Positions 36,512-49,700 of a stretch of DNA of 64,000 nt are shown here, one piece after another; positions within the stretch are counted from its first letter, which is position 1, and each line of letters opens with the position of its first letter. The DNA lies in contig RHPI01000773.1 in NCBI GenBank assembly GCA_009103225.1, forward strand, positions 411,924-475,923, read 5' to 3'. Under the pieces are notes generated by a model. It made no database searches and was not told the origin of the DNA. It saw nothing but the letters and a program-made list of their open reading frames with translations. A program made the position numbers and the translations under genes. This DNA comes from Chlorokybus atmophyticus (lineage: Eukaryota > Plantae > Mesostigma and Chlorokybus algae).

Positions 36512-38243
36512 CTACAACTCGTCATGCGCAAATGCAGCGTTCGACGCCTGCGCAAGGCTGTCAAATGCGCGGTCCACATCGTCATAATACACAGTCTGCC
36601 GTGCAATCTGGCCCTTCGTGTTCAGCTCGACTGATGTGAAGGTGCTGAATGCACCCTTGGCGCCGCTCTTCGTGATGAGGAAGACTGTCTCTTGCCATTT
36701 GGTCTTGTTGGCAGCAGCAAACAGCTCATGCTCCTGTATTGACAACCCCATTGATTGTTGACACATGCGCACACCCACGCACACGCATGCGCACCAAAAG
36801 CGGAAACCCAACAAGTACCTTCACGGCAATGTGCTGGACAAGTGCACCAAAGTTGCGCAGCCGCTTCTCCACTTCTTGGAGGCCTGCATGGTTTCAATTT
36901 GCAACAAGTTGGGACTTCAGACACTTGAACACTTCATAACAACTGACCCACAGCAGTACGTTCTGCACAGTGCCCTCAGAGTTTACGATAAGACACACCT
37001 TGCACTGGCTTTGGCTCCTCTCCATAATTCAAGACAACATCCTCAGCATAGTGCTCCAGCACCTCAGTGATTTTCTTCTCGTCCCCAGATTTTGCCGCGT
37101 CCAACCACTTCCCAAGAATGCTCAACACTGGTTCAGCACAAGTCATAGCAGTTAGCATTACATCAACCACAATCAATGACACCCACACCCACACCCACAC
37201 CAGAAACAACAATGACAACGACAACCACCAAGTTTGCGACAATGGTCTTGTTAACGGTCAATGCTCTTCATGCATTGACTGTTAACAAGCCAATGCAAGC
37301 AGTGCATTGACAGGTGACCAGACCATGCAAGCTTGCAACTCGCTGCAAGAACTCAACAGCACAGACACCCTTTACACCTTGCATTGCCACATGATCAGCT
37401 AGATGCGACAGCTGCTGTGACTACCTGTGGCCTTCAATTTGGTGGCTTCCTTCTCAAGTTTAGCATCCGCATGACTTTTCTCGCAGCCCAACTCGGCGGC
37501 AGGCGCCTCGGGAGAGGCAGCGAGCAGCATCTCATAATCCACCACTTTGCCGTCCTCATCGAGGGTCAGCTCGAACGTGTTGGACATAATTGTTGAGCAA
37601 TTCTGCACAAAGAAACAAACACTCTCATCAGGACAACTACGCATATGTACATGCACTTGCACAGTAGACGAGATGCACACGTGCTTGCACATGCATGCAC
37701 GCACATGTGCATTCATACGCCGGCGTGAGTGCCTGTATGTACGTGTGCGCATGCGGACATGCACATCGTTGAGTATTTTCAATTTGCATGGTAGGAATTC
37801 ATGTTACCTTATCGGAGTGCATGAACACGTCTGCAGTGAAGGCCACGCTTGTCTGAGCGTAGAAAAGCGGGCTAGTGATGCGTACGTTGACGGCGTCCGC
37901 ATGCGCCAGCCATGGCCTCACAGCCTCCTCAATCTCAGTGACGCCAAGCCTGTGCTGGTGGCCCACATGCGTGAAGGTCACAGGCTTGTCCGCTGCAAGA
38001 AAAGAAAGAGACATGTTACACACGCAATTCACCAGCATGCCGATTATGTGTTATAGGCACAGGGAAGAGAAAAAGAGCGTGCTTGCCTGCAAACTGCGAG
38101 ATGTAATTGTCAAAGTCGGCGGAGTCGAGGGCGGCGACGATATTGTGGGCGCCGTGTTCGAGGAGGGTCTTGGACAGAGCCTGGGCGGGGGTGCCGCAGC
38201 TGGCCAGGAGCAGCACTGCTGCCAGAATAAGGCAAGACACCAT
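36512..38243 (-). CDS. Secreted protein with two tandem SnoaL/NTF2-like domains
   Basis: Signal peptide MVSCLILAAVLLLASCGTPAQA. Domain 1: ALDSADFDNYISQFA|ADKPVTF...G..EI...LDEDGKVVDYE. Domain 2: AAKSGDEKKITEVLEHYAEDVVL...|GLQEV...LNTKGQIARQTVYYD. TAG at 36514-36512. Confidence 0.7.
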
Positions 38244-40066
38244 GACTCCGCCCAAACCTGCCAGCTGCGCCCAACGAAACGCACTCGTCAGATATGACCA
38301 GCACCGTCAGGACAGAGACAAACTTCACTAGCGCGCACCTGACACAACTTCTTGGCTTGCTGGATGCACTTCTCTCTCGAGTGCCGCTAACCACACCAAG
38401 CAATGCCGCCGTCAACAACAACAACAACAACACCGTCCACAGGACACTGTTAAAGCCGCCACTGCAAAGCCTCTTTCAGCACAGCGCACCTACCTTGGTA
38501 GACCTGCATTGCAGCTACTGTCCTAATTGAGGGATTGCTGCAATGGAACGCAGTGGTTATAGCTTATTTATCAAGGCCAGGCAAAGTGTCATGAATTGCC
38601 GTGAGTTTGGCGCCAAACCGGTCGCTCATCGATTGAGTAGCGTTGCAGTGCATTGATTGATAAACACGGTGTTCATCTGTTGGTGGTAGAGTGTCAATGG
38701 AGTGCATTGCAACGTACTGTTAGGCTGACGTGGCCCGCTGGACTAGAGATGTCTCTGTCGCCTCCGTGCCAGATTGCATTGGTACAGCCAGTGCCAGCAT
38801 TTTGGTTGGCCTGGTAAGCTGCCACAACCTGTGTGGTGCACAGGATGCCTACTGATGGCAGCGGCGAGGCCAGTGGCAGATTGCGGCCGTGGAGCCTCCA
38901 CGGCCGGTGGAGGGCACGGCCTATTTCCCTGGCAGCGGGCACCCTCTGATCAAACAGGCCAAGCGAATCTGATCCGGCAGGAACTATTGCGCGCCTTGGC
39001 CGTAATGATGACAAATCTTGGGAATCGTCCCTAGCAGCTAGGCAAAGGGACTACCTATCGGTGCTGTCCTGGCCTTCGACAGACCGGTCCCTAGACCCTA
39101 GGGACCGTCGCCGTATCCATCATTGACAGTGCTCACTGTTGCAGCGTATCGGCCGCCGGACGGTATCTGGCGGCTGACGGTGAAGCCGTAGCTTCGAGCC
39201 GCCGTTGATGGAGGATGAACACCCTGATCACGTGATGTGGATACACCTATAGCGAGGTGGTTGCAGATGCTGTTTTCGATTCATTACAAGAACAAGAGCA
39301 TATGGTAAAATAGAGGAGCCCCCGGTAACAAGAGCATAGGGTAAAGCATTGAGGTACACAAGGCCAAACACTCCAACAGCATGCCGGAATGCAACATGGG
39401 CCACGCCCTTTACAGTGCGCTTGCTGCAGGACAACCTGCAAACACGCTACCAGACAGCAATACCTCGTGTCCTAACAGAGATGCAATGCACTGCTCGCTA
39501 CTGTATGAACCGCCGTGCTTGAGTCGGCGCTTGGTGATACGTTTGTTTCAAACGCTGTTGTGGCCACATGCAAACCACTGCGTGCATGTGCATAGGGTAT
39601 AGACTGTCCGTGAATCTGATGCAAGGCGCACACCCTCAAGCAAACAAGCAAACAACCCAAAAGAATGCACACGCAGGCAGGAGCAGCACAAGATAATTCA
39701 TTACCACAGGGGCGCCTACTTAAGTGTTGTAAGTAAGTGAATGCAACGGGGTGGTGAGGAGCAGGCAGAGTTGTCGGGCAAGCAGACCTGAGCACAGATG
39801 CCACAGGCCCACAATGAGAAGTTGGAGGTTGTGGAGGTAGAACAGCAGCAGCAACAGGAAGCAAGGGCAGAAGCAGGGCGAGGAGGGGGTGCAATGTGCT
39901 GTGCTGTGCTGCCGAATGAGGGGTGGTGCCGCCACTTTGCTGCTTGGCAGGTCCTTGTCGTGGTGTAAGACCATCACACAGTTCGCCAGCAACCGGGTGC
40001 AGGCTGTTGCAGCACCACTCACAACTGCAACGATTAGAATATGATATGATAGAACTGAGGGCACTA

Positions 40067-40271
40067 CAGAATCAGGGCTGCATGCACTCAACTTCAAAGC
40101 ACCAGCACTTGCATTCATGCACAGCCATGTGACAGAATCAGGGCTGGCACTCAACTTGAAAGCACAGCACCAGCACATGCATTCATGCTTAGCCATGTGA
40201 CAGAATTAGCGGTGCTGGCACTTGACTTGCAAGCACAGCACCAGCACCTGCATTCGTGCACATCCATGTGA
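40067..40271 (+). repeat. Minisatellite, three diverged units of about 66-70 bp
   Basis: CAGAATCAGGGCTG...GCACCAGCAC.TGCATTC.TGC...CCATGTGA repeated three times. Confidence 0.85.
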
Positions 40272-40737
40272 GCCAACATATAACATGTGCGGGCAGTGAA
40301 ACAACTGCTCCCCGCACAATACACGTTAACGTTAGGTCACTTACCTCACAGGGTATGCATAGTAGTCATTCCAAACGTCACACACATGCTCATACAAGCA
40401 AATGCATGCAAACGGGTGGTTGCCCACAGCCACAATAGCACGCTTGCTCAGTAGCGTCAACATTGGTCAGCAAGGTTGCAAGCGAATGCCCACAATCGGC
40501 GAGTCGAGTACTAGTGGTGGCCCACTGGTGAGTACCTTTCCACACATTGGCACGCAGGCTACATATCCACAATACTATACTTTATGGCTACAACCAGTGG
40601 ACATGTGCAGAGGCTGAGTTGCATTGCACTTGCCTTTGCTGTGCATAACGCAGTAATAACCTACCTGCATGGTTGGCATCATGTTGAGACCCAGACTCAG
40701 CCCAACTAGTAGCTGCATAATAGGCGATCAATCCAGG

Positions 40738-43700
40738 CTATTGGACAGGTAACGGTCGTCCACGTGGAGGTGTTGGAGGCCGCTCATCATTCACGTCCTG
40801 AGGCCCACATGTTGAGTGAGCATGCAATACCAGCTTGGCAGTATGACAAGCATTCGGCACAGTTACACAAACCTGCATCCAGATGTCTGCTGTGTGGCGG
40901 GCACAACTGTTGGGCAAGACAGCAGGGGAGGTAACCCTGACAGCCGGCGGCAATGGGTGTATCAACTTTGGGACAACGACCAAGTCCCTACCCAAAACCA
41001 GAATGGCGCCAGCATTGTTCGCTGTCCCGCAGTAGTTGGTCGCAGAAAAGACTGTGATCAGATGCCCTTGAGCAAACCGCTCAAAGCCGTCCATTACGCA
41101 CTCGTGGGCGCGCACAATTAGCTGCACATCATTCACAGCGCAGAAGTGTCTGACTCGGTCCGGACCAAAACTCACAAGGCCCGCGCCTCTTGAGTTGGGC
41201 TGCACGCCTTCAACATGGTCGTTCTCTGTTGGGTCAGACCACAATAAATCCATCAATTGCACTCCACCATCTCGCATCCTGAGTGGCCGTTGAATCTCCT
41301 CTATTTGTGATATCCTGCACCAGCATAACTTTTCAGCATTTCAGGCTGTCAGCGGGTGCCATTGGGTTGTATGCATTGAGCAAAAACAAATGCAACTGTA
41401 CCTGTCAATGGAGCGGCCAACCCCGCCATGCATGCACATGATTTTGCCTTCAATCAATGCAGCGAGCGGCAACCAATTGAACAAGCGGTTAAAACGCCTC
41501 CATGCCTGCGGTTGACAGTTATCTCAATGAGTGATGCCAGTATAAACTAGAATGCTCCTGGTGGACTGCCAACATGCAAGCACAAAGCACTATGACCTTG
41601 ACGCACCTCTAAACCTTCGGTTTCACCCATGCGCTCAACACATTCTGTTCTGAAGCCAAACAATTTGTTGATGCTCTTCTCTTCGTGGTTGCCTCGTATG
41701 AGATGGACAGTGTGAGGGTGTTCGATCTTCAGCGCTAGCAGAAGGCTAATGGTTTCCAAGGAGTAAGCACCGCGGTCAACATAATCACCCAGAAACAGGT
41801 AGTCTATGTACTTGATGTCGCCGCTGGTGTCTGGACAACCGTACTCCTGGAAGAATCGCATGAGATCCCCAAATTGCCTGCGCAGTCAAAAGTGTATGAG
41901 ATATGCAAGTTAACAAGTTTCCTGGTAGGCTCAATTTGCGAGAAGGATTGTTGCAGTATGGCCACTCGCTGGATGCATGGCACATACCCATGCAAATCGC
42001 CAAAAATCTTGATGGGAGCTCGCAATTTCAGCACGTTGGGCTCATCTGCAGCAAGACGTAATCTATCAGGCAACAGATGAGCAGCGTGAGGGCAGTAAGC
42101 CTCCCCTGTGCTGGTATTGTACCTTTCATTATTCTCTCTGCCGCTGTGCACAGCTCGTCCACCTGAGCAGCACTGAGGAAGAACTGTCTATGCGGCGGTG
42201 GTGCCCATTGGCGCGGTTCCAGCAACTTGTGAAGCACGGTCTTATGAACCCCCTGTAAAGAGTTGAGCCGCTCCAGCATGGGGCTATCTAGACCCAAGCT
42301 GCGCCTGGCCAAATCCTGTCCTTCTGACTGCTGCGACCCCATACTGACTCTGCGCGCCTCATTCTCAAACTGATCCAATGATAGCTGGCGGATAACACTG
42401 CCCAACGGCCCACCATCTGCTGCGATAACCACCTGCCACAACACGATCAACATGTCATTAACCTTGGCAGACTCAGCACTGTCTTGTACAGCTCAATACA
42501 GACACTGAGCTGAGCTGCAAGGATAGCACACATACACATGCTGCCCATAACCTGGTCGTGCAATAACATACCGCGCGATGATGCAGGCGGACCCCGGGAA
42601 CCGAACCCCGCGAAGTGACTGGCGTCTTCGTGCCACCTTCAGATGCAGGAGATGCGATCTCGCTTGGAAGCGGAGGGGTTACTGGCCTCTCGAGAGGCAT
42701 GCCAGCACTCATTGCAATGGTGCGAGCCGCTTCAGCCTCCTCCCGAGCAACAGCCTCCAGCCTGAAAGACAGACAGCAATGATGTCGCTATTAGATTGCC
42801 AACCTCTCCCACGAAGCCATAAGCTCAGCGTCATGCACTGGGGACGAATGTATGATGTGGTCGAAAATTACAGCATGCACCGCAAATTGCTGCCAAAAAC
42901 AGTTTCGCAAAAGACACTTTGCAAATTATGCAGAAGGGGCATATGCATACCTCGCATCGGCTACAGGAGAAGGCTCCGCTTCTTGCATGTCGCCGTCAGG
43001 GCTGCTTGCTGCAGACACTGACTGATCGTCACCCCACATCGTGTCCATCAGCAAGTCACCAGCTGGCGTAGAAGTGAATTCTCAGCTCCCTCATTTACTC
43101 TCATAATGAGTGATGACAAGCAGCGACTCGTTTGCATGCTGCTACACACTGCAACATGGGCATTGCATGACCACAACCAGTTGCCAGAGGCTGCAACAGC
43201 TTATCTAGTAAGCTCTACTCAGCAGTGGCACATCATGCCACACAGACTAGCCTTATGCCCACAGCATGCATGTAACCTGCGACCACACGCCAAACATGAC
43301 CATGAAGGGAGCAAAACTAAGCGTGCTGAACGCAAGTAACATGTGTTGAGGTGCCCAAGCTTTACTAGCCAGAGATAGAATATCTACTGATTATGTTTTT
43401 TGTCATTTGTGGGAACGTGGCCTCAAAGCTGACTCTGCTGTCGATGCAAGTGTCATAAACGGCAAGCATCAACTTGCTGCGTAGATTACCTGCGTTCAAG
43501 CCACCATAAACAATCACGCCACACCCAAACTCTTCATCCTCCACGGATGCAGCAGCATGCCGGCATCGACCAGCAGTGCTGCTGCTTCCATTGGCCCAAG
43601 CTCCTATGCTTGTGTCAAGTACTGCGTAGCGATTTGGAGCGTTAAGCAGTGGGTACAACTTGGAGACCGACCCTGACAACAAGTCTATACGTCACCTGCA

Positions 43701-45730
43701 GTGTGGCCAGCACTCATCACCAATCGATTGCCAGTGCACGCTCCCCCTTGCACATGCAGTCGAGGGCCAACAAACGCCTGCCAACCCGTGTCACGATACA
43801 GCTACTACTGGTAGACAGAGGCATCAACACACCAGTCAAAGTACTCTGGTACCGCGCTGTGCTGAAACCGAGGGACAGGTGCTGACCCTGGGGCAACTCC
43901 CCACTCCCATCTGGCATCACGATGCCGAGCAAGGCCATATGCATCTCCAAGAGGCTGTAAACGCAACAAGGAATACGTCAGGTTACATGTTGGCAAACAA
44001 CTTGCGCACAGGTGAACAGTCCCATCATCGTATCCCATCCATTGTATACGATTGCAACCTTCTGTATACAAGAATGGTAATAAAACAACAGTCAACAGTA
44101 TACTCTTCTGCCCTGAGGTACGAGGTCACTGACCTGATGCAATGCAATTGTTGCTGCTAGTAATTGTCTCAAACACACACAGGCACTGGCAGGTTGTTGC
44201 CGCACTAGGCTGTGGTAGGCTCACAGAGCGCTGTGTACACTGGTCACTTGCTGTCCAGCACTGAGGTCACACAGGTCTGTATGAAACTATATGCAGACAG
44301 TAGACAGTATTCCCTTGGCTACAACTTCGACGTGACAGCGTTGCATTGACATGCTTGAAAATCTCGGTTACCAACCGACTGACAATCAAAGGCAGGTTGT
44401 ATGCAAAACAATCTGACATGGAATGAAAACCCACCACTCCTGAAGCATCTCGGCCTCCAAACAGCAGCAAGAGACCATCTGCCCTCGCTGACGCCGTTGC
44501 ATACATGCGCGCGCATGGCAAAGGTCCAACAGGCTGCACCTCCGTCCATTGGTATGGCTTGGTGGCTGTATCCAATACCCACAAGTCTGCCAAGACTGTG
44601 TTGCCTGTTGGGAAGATATGTGTTCATCCAAGCTGCTGTGCATGGCTTGTGCTGACTGAGGAGTCTATGAGCAATGAGGACTCACCGTCATGGCCTCCAA
44701 AGCAGACAACGAACCGCCGGTTAACCAATGAGAGCGTGTGTGCATACCGCGAACCTGGTCCTCGCCCTGAAGCTGCAACCCTGCCAAATAGCAGTTGGAG
44801 GACAGAACGCACAGAACCTCCCACATGTTGCGCTAACAAGGTGGATGGTGTGCTATGAGCAGATATCTGTCACTCATCGCGGTGCATACAGGCATTGCTG
44901 CACACATGCAAGCTAACGAGAACTCAGTTCAACAGGAACTGCTTACTTGTGCCAGCGCCCGCCAGCACAATTTAAGTCTAATACATAGAGGTCCTCCGGT
45001 GCGAGCCCGTTGGGACCTATGCCACCCTGACAGCGAAAAAGTGTAAGAACTACCGCTCCAGCACAACTTGCAGCAAGAGACACCGCAGGGCGAATCTTGC
45101 CTGCACAACAAGCATGTTGCCCACAGCACAAGCCGCATGCGCAGCACGCGGTGAAGGAACATCGCCAACAGGATGAAGCCTGCCAGCAGCAAGTGGTCCA
45201 TCACTGATGAGCCTACCAAACGTCGCTGACCGCATGTGACTTTATACCTTTGCCAGGATTTACCACGAACATCCAGCACATGCACATCAGTTGTAGCGCC
45301 TGCTAGCCCTGCGTCGCAACAAACAAATCATGCGCATGCTTCAACATGACAAATGCAGACGCTTGCATGTTATGCACATGCACTGATTTTGACAGCTTGC
45401 ACAGCAACAGCGCTCACTTATTGAACCCGACTGCGATAGATCCTTTGCTTCCAGTGCCGTCGCACCACCGAACAGAACAAGGCGTGGACGGCCAGTAGAG
45501 TCCGCAGCCGTTGACAAGGAGTGACCACATCTGACAAGTATCAAATTACAGTGAGCATGATGTCGTTACTGTCTTGCATTCACTGTTTAGCACACAAGCA
45601 GCGAGTCTTGCAATGCGCACATTATACACATATGTCATGCTGTTGCAACAATCACAGACCTGGGCCCGGGAGAGTCGCCAACGGCGTCCAAGGGACGCAG
45701 ATCCGCCGCTGGCTCCGGATTGGCCGCCAT
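40738..45730 (-). CDS. BSL: BSU1/BSL-family Ser/Thr phosphatase with Kelch repeats (PPKL)
   Basis: PGPRCGHSL...[143 protein letters not shown]. About 17 exons; ATG at 45730. Confidence 0.97.
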
Positions 45731-46402
45731 AACTTGGCGGCCAAAGCAGGCGAGCGACGAGCCGCTGAGACTATCTGACTTCGGGTTGGTGCCGCAACAG
45801 CAAGCGCTCCATTGTCTAGTAACAAGTTTTACAAGGCCACCAGAACCCTAGTCACCATTGAGTCCTGCATTGGGTGCCAAGCTCCTTGCAGCTGCTTTCT
45901 TCCCCGCCTCTTCCGCAGAGACTCGTTCAAACAACAAGGACCACGTGGCTCTCAGCAGCATGCAAGCACTGCGCTATTGGTCTGCTCGACAAACAATCAG
46001 CCCAACAAGTCACGGCCGCTGCAGCTGTTTGCTATGTGCGCAACACAACACGACACCGCAAGCCGCCCAAAAGCTAACCCGCCCTCCGCACACACAACCA
46101 AGCTTGCTGCAGGTCTAACCTGCAGCAAACTTCACTACCGACACACTGCGGCAACCAGCAACAGCACGTCTCTTTCCCTGTCCTCCTCGTCCTGCTCCTC
46201 CTCCTGCTGCTCCTCCTCCGCCGCCACCGCGGCCGCTGCCCGCCAAAGCGTGTCCGTCACGGGTCTGAATTTAGACAATAGCGCTGAAAACTTTCCACTG
46301 GATATCCATGAAAACGGCTGCTACAAAGTTCAAACCGGGCAAACCGCAGCTTGGATGCTTGAAATAATTTACGCACGCGCAGCGTCATGCCGATGACGGC
46401 AC

Positions 46403-46458
46403 CCAGCGTCACGCTTGATTTTGGAAGGGTCACTCTGTGGCGCCAAGCGTGACGCTGG
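46403..46458. repeat. 15-bp perfect inverted repeat (26-nt spacer) between divergent genes
   Basis: CCAGCGTCACGCTTG (46403-46417) and CAAGCGTGACGCTGG (46444-46458). Confidence 0.9.
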
Positions 46459-46736
46459 ATGCACGACCGACCTTACACGCAAGTTGTTGCGCCTGCTTGC
46501 TGGATAGCGGTTGGTGCTTGAAGTAAACTGCTTGTGTTTAGGGGTGACTGCGGAGCAGCACTACCGTTTCTTGGTCGTGGATGTTGACAAGCAGGTGGTT
46601 CCTGCGCATACTACGTGCAGTTTAGGCAAAGACATCAGCATGAGTATGAGACTGTTTCGCTCTCATATGCAGTGCATGCCTGCAAACAGCAAAGACTGCA
46701 GATAGCCCAGCCTGATTGCATTTGCGAGTCGGGTAC

Positions 46737-49700
46737 ATGGCTGAGATGGAGGAGCCAACGGGGTTTGATGCTCTCGAAGATCCGGCGTTGCCGGTGGAGC
46801 AAATACAGGTGCACCCGTCAGTCATACCAAGTGCACTTTGCGTTTCTGAGCGTGCGCTCTCACAATGAACAGTGATTGGCAGAAACCTTTATGCTGACTT
46901 GTAATCTCGCATCTATGCCGTAGCACAACCCCCCCTCCCNNNNNNNNNNNNNNNNNNNNNNNNNNNNNNNNNNNNNNNNNNNNNNNNNNNNNNNNNNNNN
47001 NNNNNNNNNNNNNNNNNNNNNNNNNNNNNNNNNNNNNNNNNNNNNNNNNNNNNNNNNNNNNNNNNNNNNNNNNNNNNNNNNNNNNNNNNNNNNNNNNNNN
47101 NNNNNCCCTCCCCGCCCCCTTGGTTGCTTGCAATTGCAAGGCCTGTCACCACATCATGCAAGACTGCATCACGGCATGAGCGTGCGCTTGGCAATACAGG
47201 TGTGTTTACGAACAGATATGCTGCGTCGTGTCAGGCTCAGTCAGGCGTGCTTGTGTAAGAATTGGAAGAATGCCACACGACGGCTCACATCGTACACTCA
47301 CACAGGAGGCTTTTGCGCGTGCAATGGTGGAAAGCGTGGAGAGCGAGCGCTCCCCACATGAACGCAGCGATGCGTCCAGCCCAGAACCTTGTTCACCCTT
47401 TGAGTAAGCATGTTGCTGAAGCTATCAGCATTGCATGCGCATTGGCGCACCTTAAAGGCTGCGCCAAGAAGTATCCGGCCTGAATTTGACATTCACTCAC
47501 TCCTTGCAGCTCCCAACGAAGCAACAAGCAGTCTCCTGCAACAACGCGTCGCTCTCCGCGGGGGCCAATGAGCCTCGCCATGCGTGCGGCAATGCAGCGT
47601 TCAGCCACGCAAAGGGCCAAGTCACCTGAGCCGGTAACAGCATGCCAGTGCAGAAGCATGCACTGAGTAGATACACATTGCGCATCACGTAAAAGGTCTT
47701 TTGCTTGCAGCTACCAAGTCCAACAAAACCACCGCCTGTGGCAGCTGATGTGCTTGAAGTGATAAAGGGTGCTCACACATGGGAACCTGAGAGTGCCAGC
47801 CCTGCGCTTCGGTCTCTGGTATGAGCTAAGACTATGACACAATGCATGATAATGCATTGGCCTTTTGACTTTGACATTAGCCATTTTTTTGGCGTGTACT
47901 ATGCACAACATGTATGCTGTTAGCTGTATCTATGGCGCATGGAATGCTTCGCGATATGCTTGTCGTCCAATACAGTAATCTGTCAGCCCGTGCTCCCCAT
48001 GGCAGGGGTCCTTGGATGGCTTTGACCTGCTGGCACGCATCGACAATGGCACCCTTGAACTTCCAATCTCAGATGATAACTCTTTAAGCCCAGGCAAGCA
48101 GTGACACAGCGATGGCAGTCAGCATTTCAGGCGTAACTTAGACGCTGTAGCTCTGTGTTGAGCAGGAGCGGATGCATTGGTCAAAAAGCTTGCTGGGTTT
48201 ATCTACCAAGCGTCATCACTTAGTCGACGCCAGGTGGGTCGCTATTCAGTTAGTTGCATGTGTGCTTCTAGGCTCATCCTGTTCATGTTGTAGACAGCTA
48301 TTGCAGCATTGGTCATGGAGATGTGCAAGTGCAACGGAGTTGAGCAGATGGCTTGCATCCTTGCAGCACGTCTTGCCGCGGTAGATTCCATGTGTTGACA
48401 TGGTCATGAAGATGGTGATGTACGATGAAGTGGTTTTGGGGCTAACAGTGTGCTACGATAGGCGTTGAAAGGAGATGCTGCACGGGTGTTCATGTTTGAC
48501 CAGGCCAGCAGCTGCCTGCGATGCATTGCAGACCGCAACGCTGATGCACTGGCTTCCAGCTCTTCTCCACCCCCTGCGCTAAGAGGTTACCTAGACTGTG
48601 CCATGTCTGCTGTGCCATGTCTACCATTGCATGTTTGATGAACATCTTAGTGCATGTTACAGATCTCGCACTGGACGTTCCCCCAGTGCAAATCAACATG
48701 GCAAAGTCGCCTACACATCAGGCTGCAGCTAAAGCCGCGTCATTTGCAAAGTGACCTCTTACTACTTGCTGAGCATTTACAGCAATTGAACTGTATTGGT
48801 CACTACTCATTTGTGACAGGCACGTAATGGTGCACAGTGGTGGTTGTGTATCTGTGTCGGACGCTGCGCGCGACAGCCGCTTCATCACACTCATTGATGG
48901 CCCTGCACGAGCCCTCATGACCATTCCACTGGAGAAGTCCGGCGCAGTTGTTGGTGTATTGCAAGTAAGTTAGTCACAGAGCGTGCTAACAATCCATAAG
49001 ATTGTTAGCACTTCGACGAAGCTGTGGTTCTATTACCCGATGCCACAGCATACTGTTGTGGATACTACCAGCATGTATAATGCAATCAAGTTGTCACCAT
49101 GGGTATGCCATTGCTACTGGTGTGTGTGCAATCAGACTGACCAACATGTCGCACTTGCTCTTCAGGTACGAAGGCATCGTACACTGTCATTCTCCAAGGA
49201 GGATGAAATCGCCTTGGCGTGTGCAGCAGCAGCGGCAGGACCGATGCTGGCATTGGCATGGTCGACTCTGCTCCAACTGCGTCACAAGCAGGACAAGCTT
49301 ACATCGGTTACGCGCGACCTGGCTGTTGCAGACTGCACTGTCAATGGTACAATCTTGCGCATGCTCATCATTGTGGATGTGTGCGGGTGTGCACGCGCAC
49401 AGTGTGTTGGACACCTGTAGACAAGGAGGTCACGAGTTTGTGGAGAGTCCAGTTGTGCTTGACGCTCAAGTTGACTGTTCTTGCATTGCAGGTTTGTTGA
49501 ATGAACGCTCGCTGTGCAAGGGTGTGCCGCCACTTGCGGCTTCGGCACTTCATTCAGATGCAGCAGCGTTATACTTGCTTGACATCAAAGCAGGCGAGCT
49601 GTGCGCATTTCCTTGCGCGGCCACCGGCAACGTGTTGGAGCGCACACAACCCTCGATTACCATCTTAGGTGCGGTGCGCATCTTTTCTGTTTTAACCTCT

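Noticed and set aside
39380-39900. Possible decayed dynamin-related (DRP5/ARC5-like) fragment LQDNLQTRYQTAIPRVL plus an E/Q-rich frame
   Set aside because: Only one short motif resembles the family, the frames are broken, and no GTPase motifs were found.
45812-46396. 194-aa + strand ORF upstream of BSL
   Set aside because: Low complexity, no homology, and it overlaps the probable 5' UTR/promoter of the minus-strand BSL gene.
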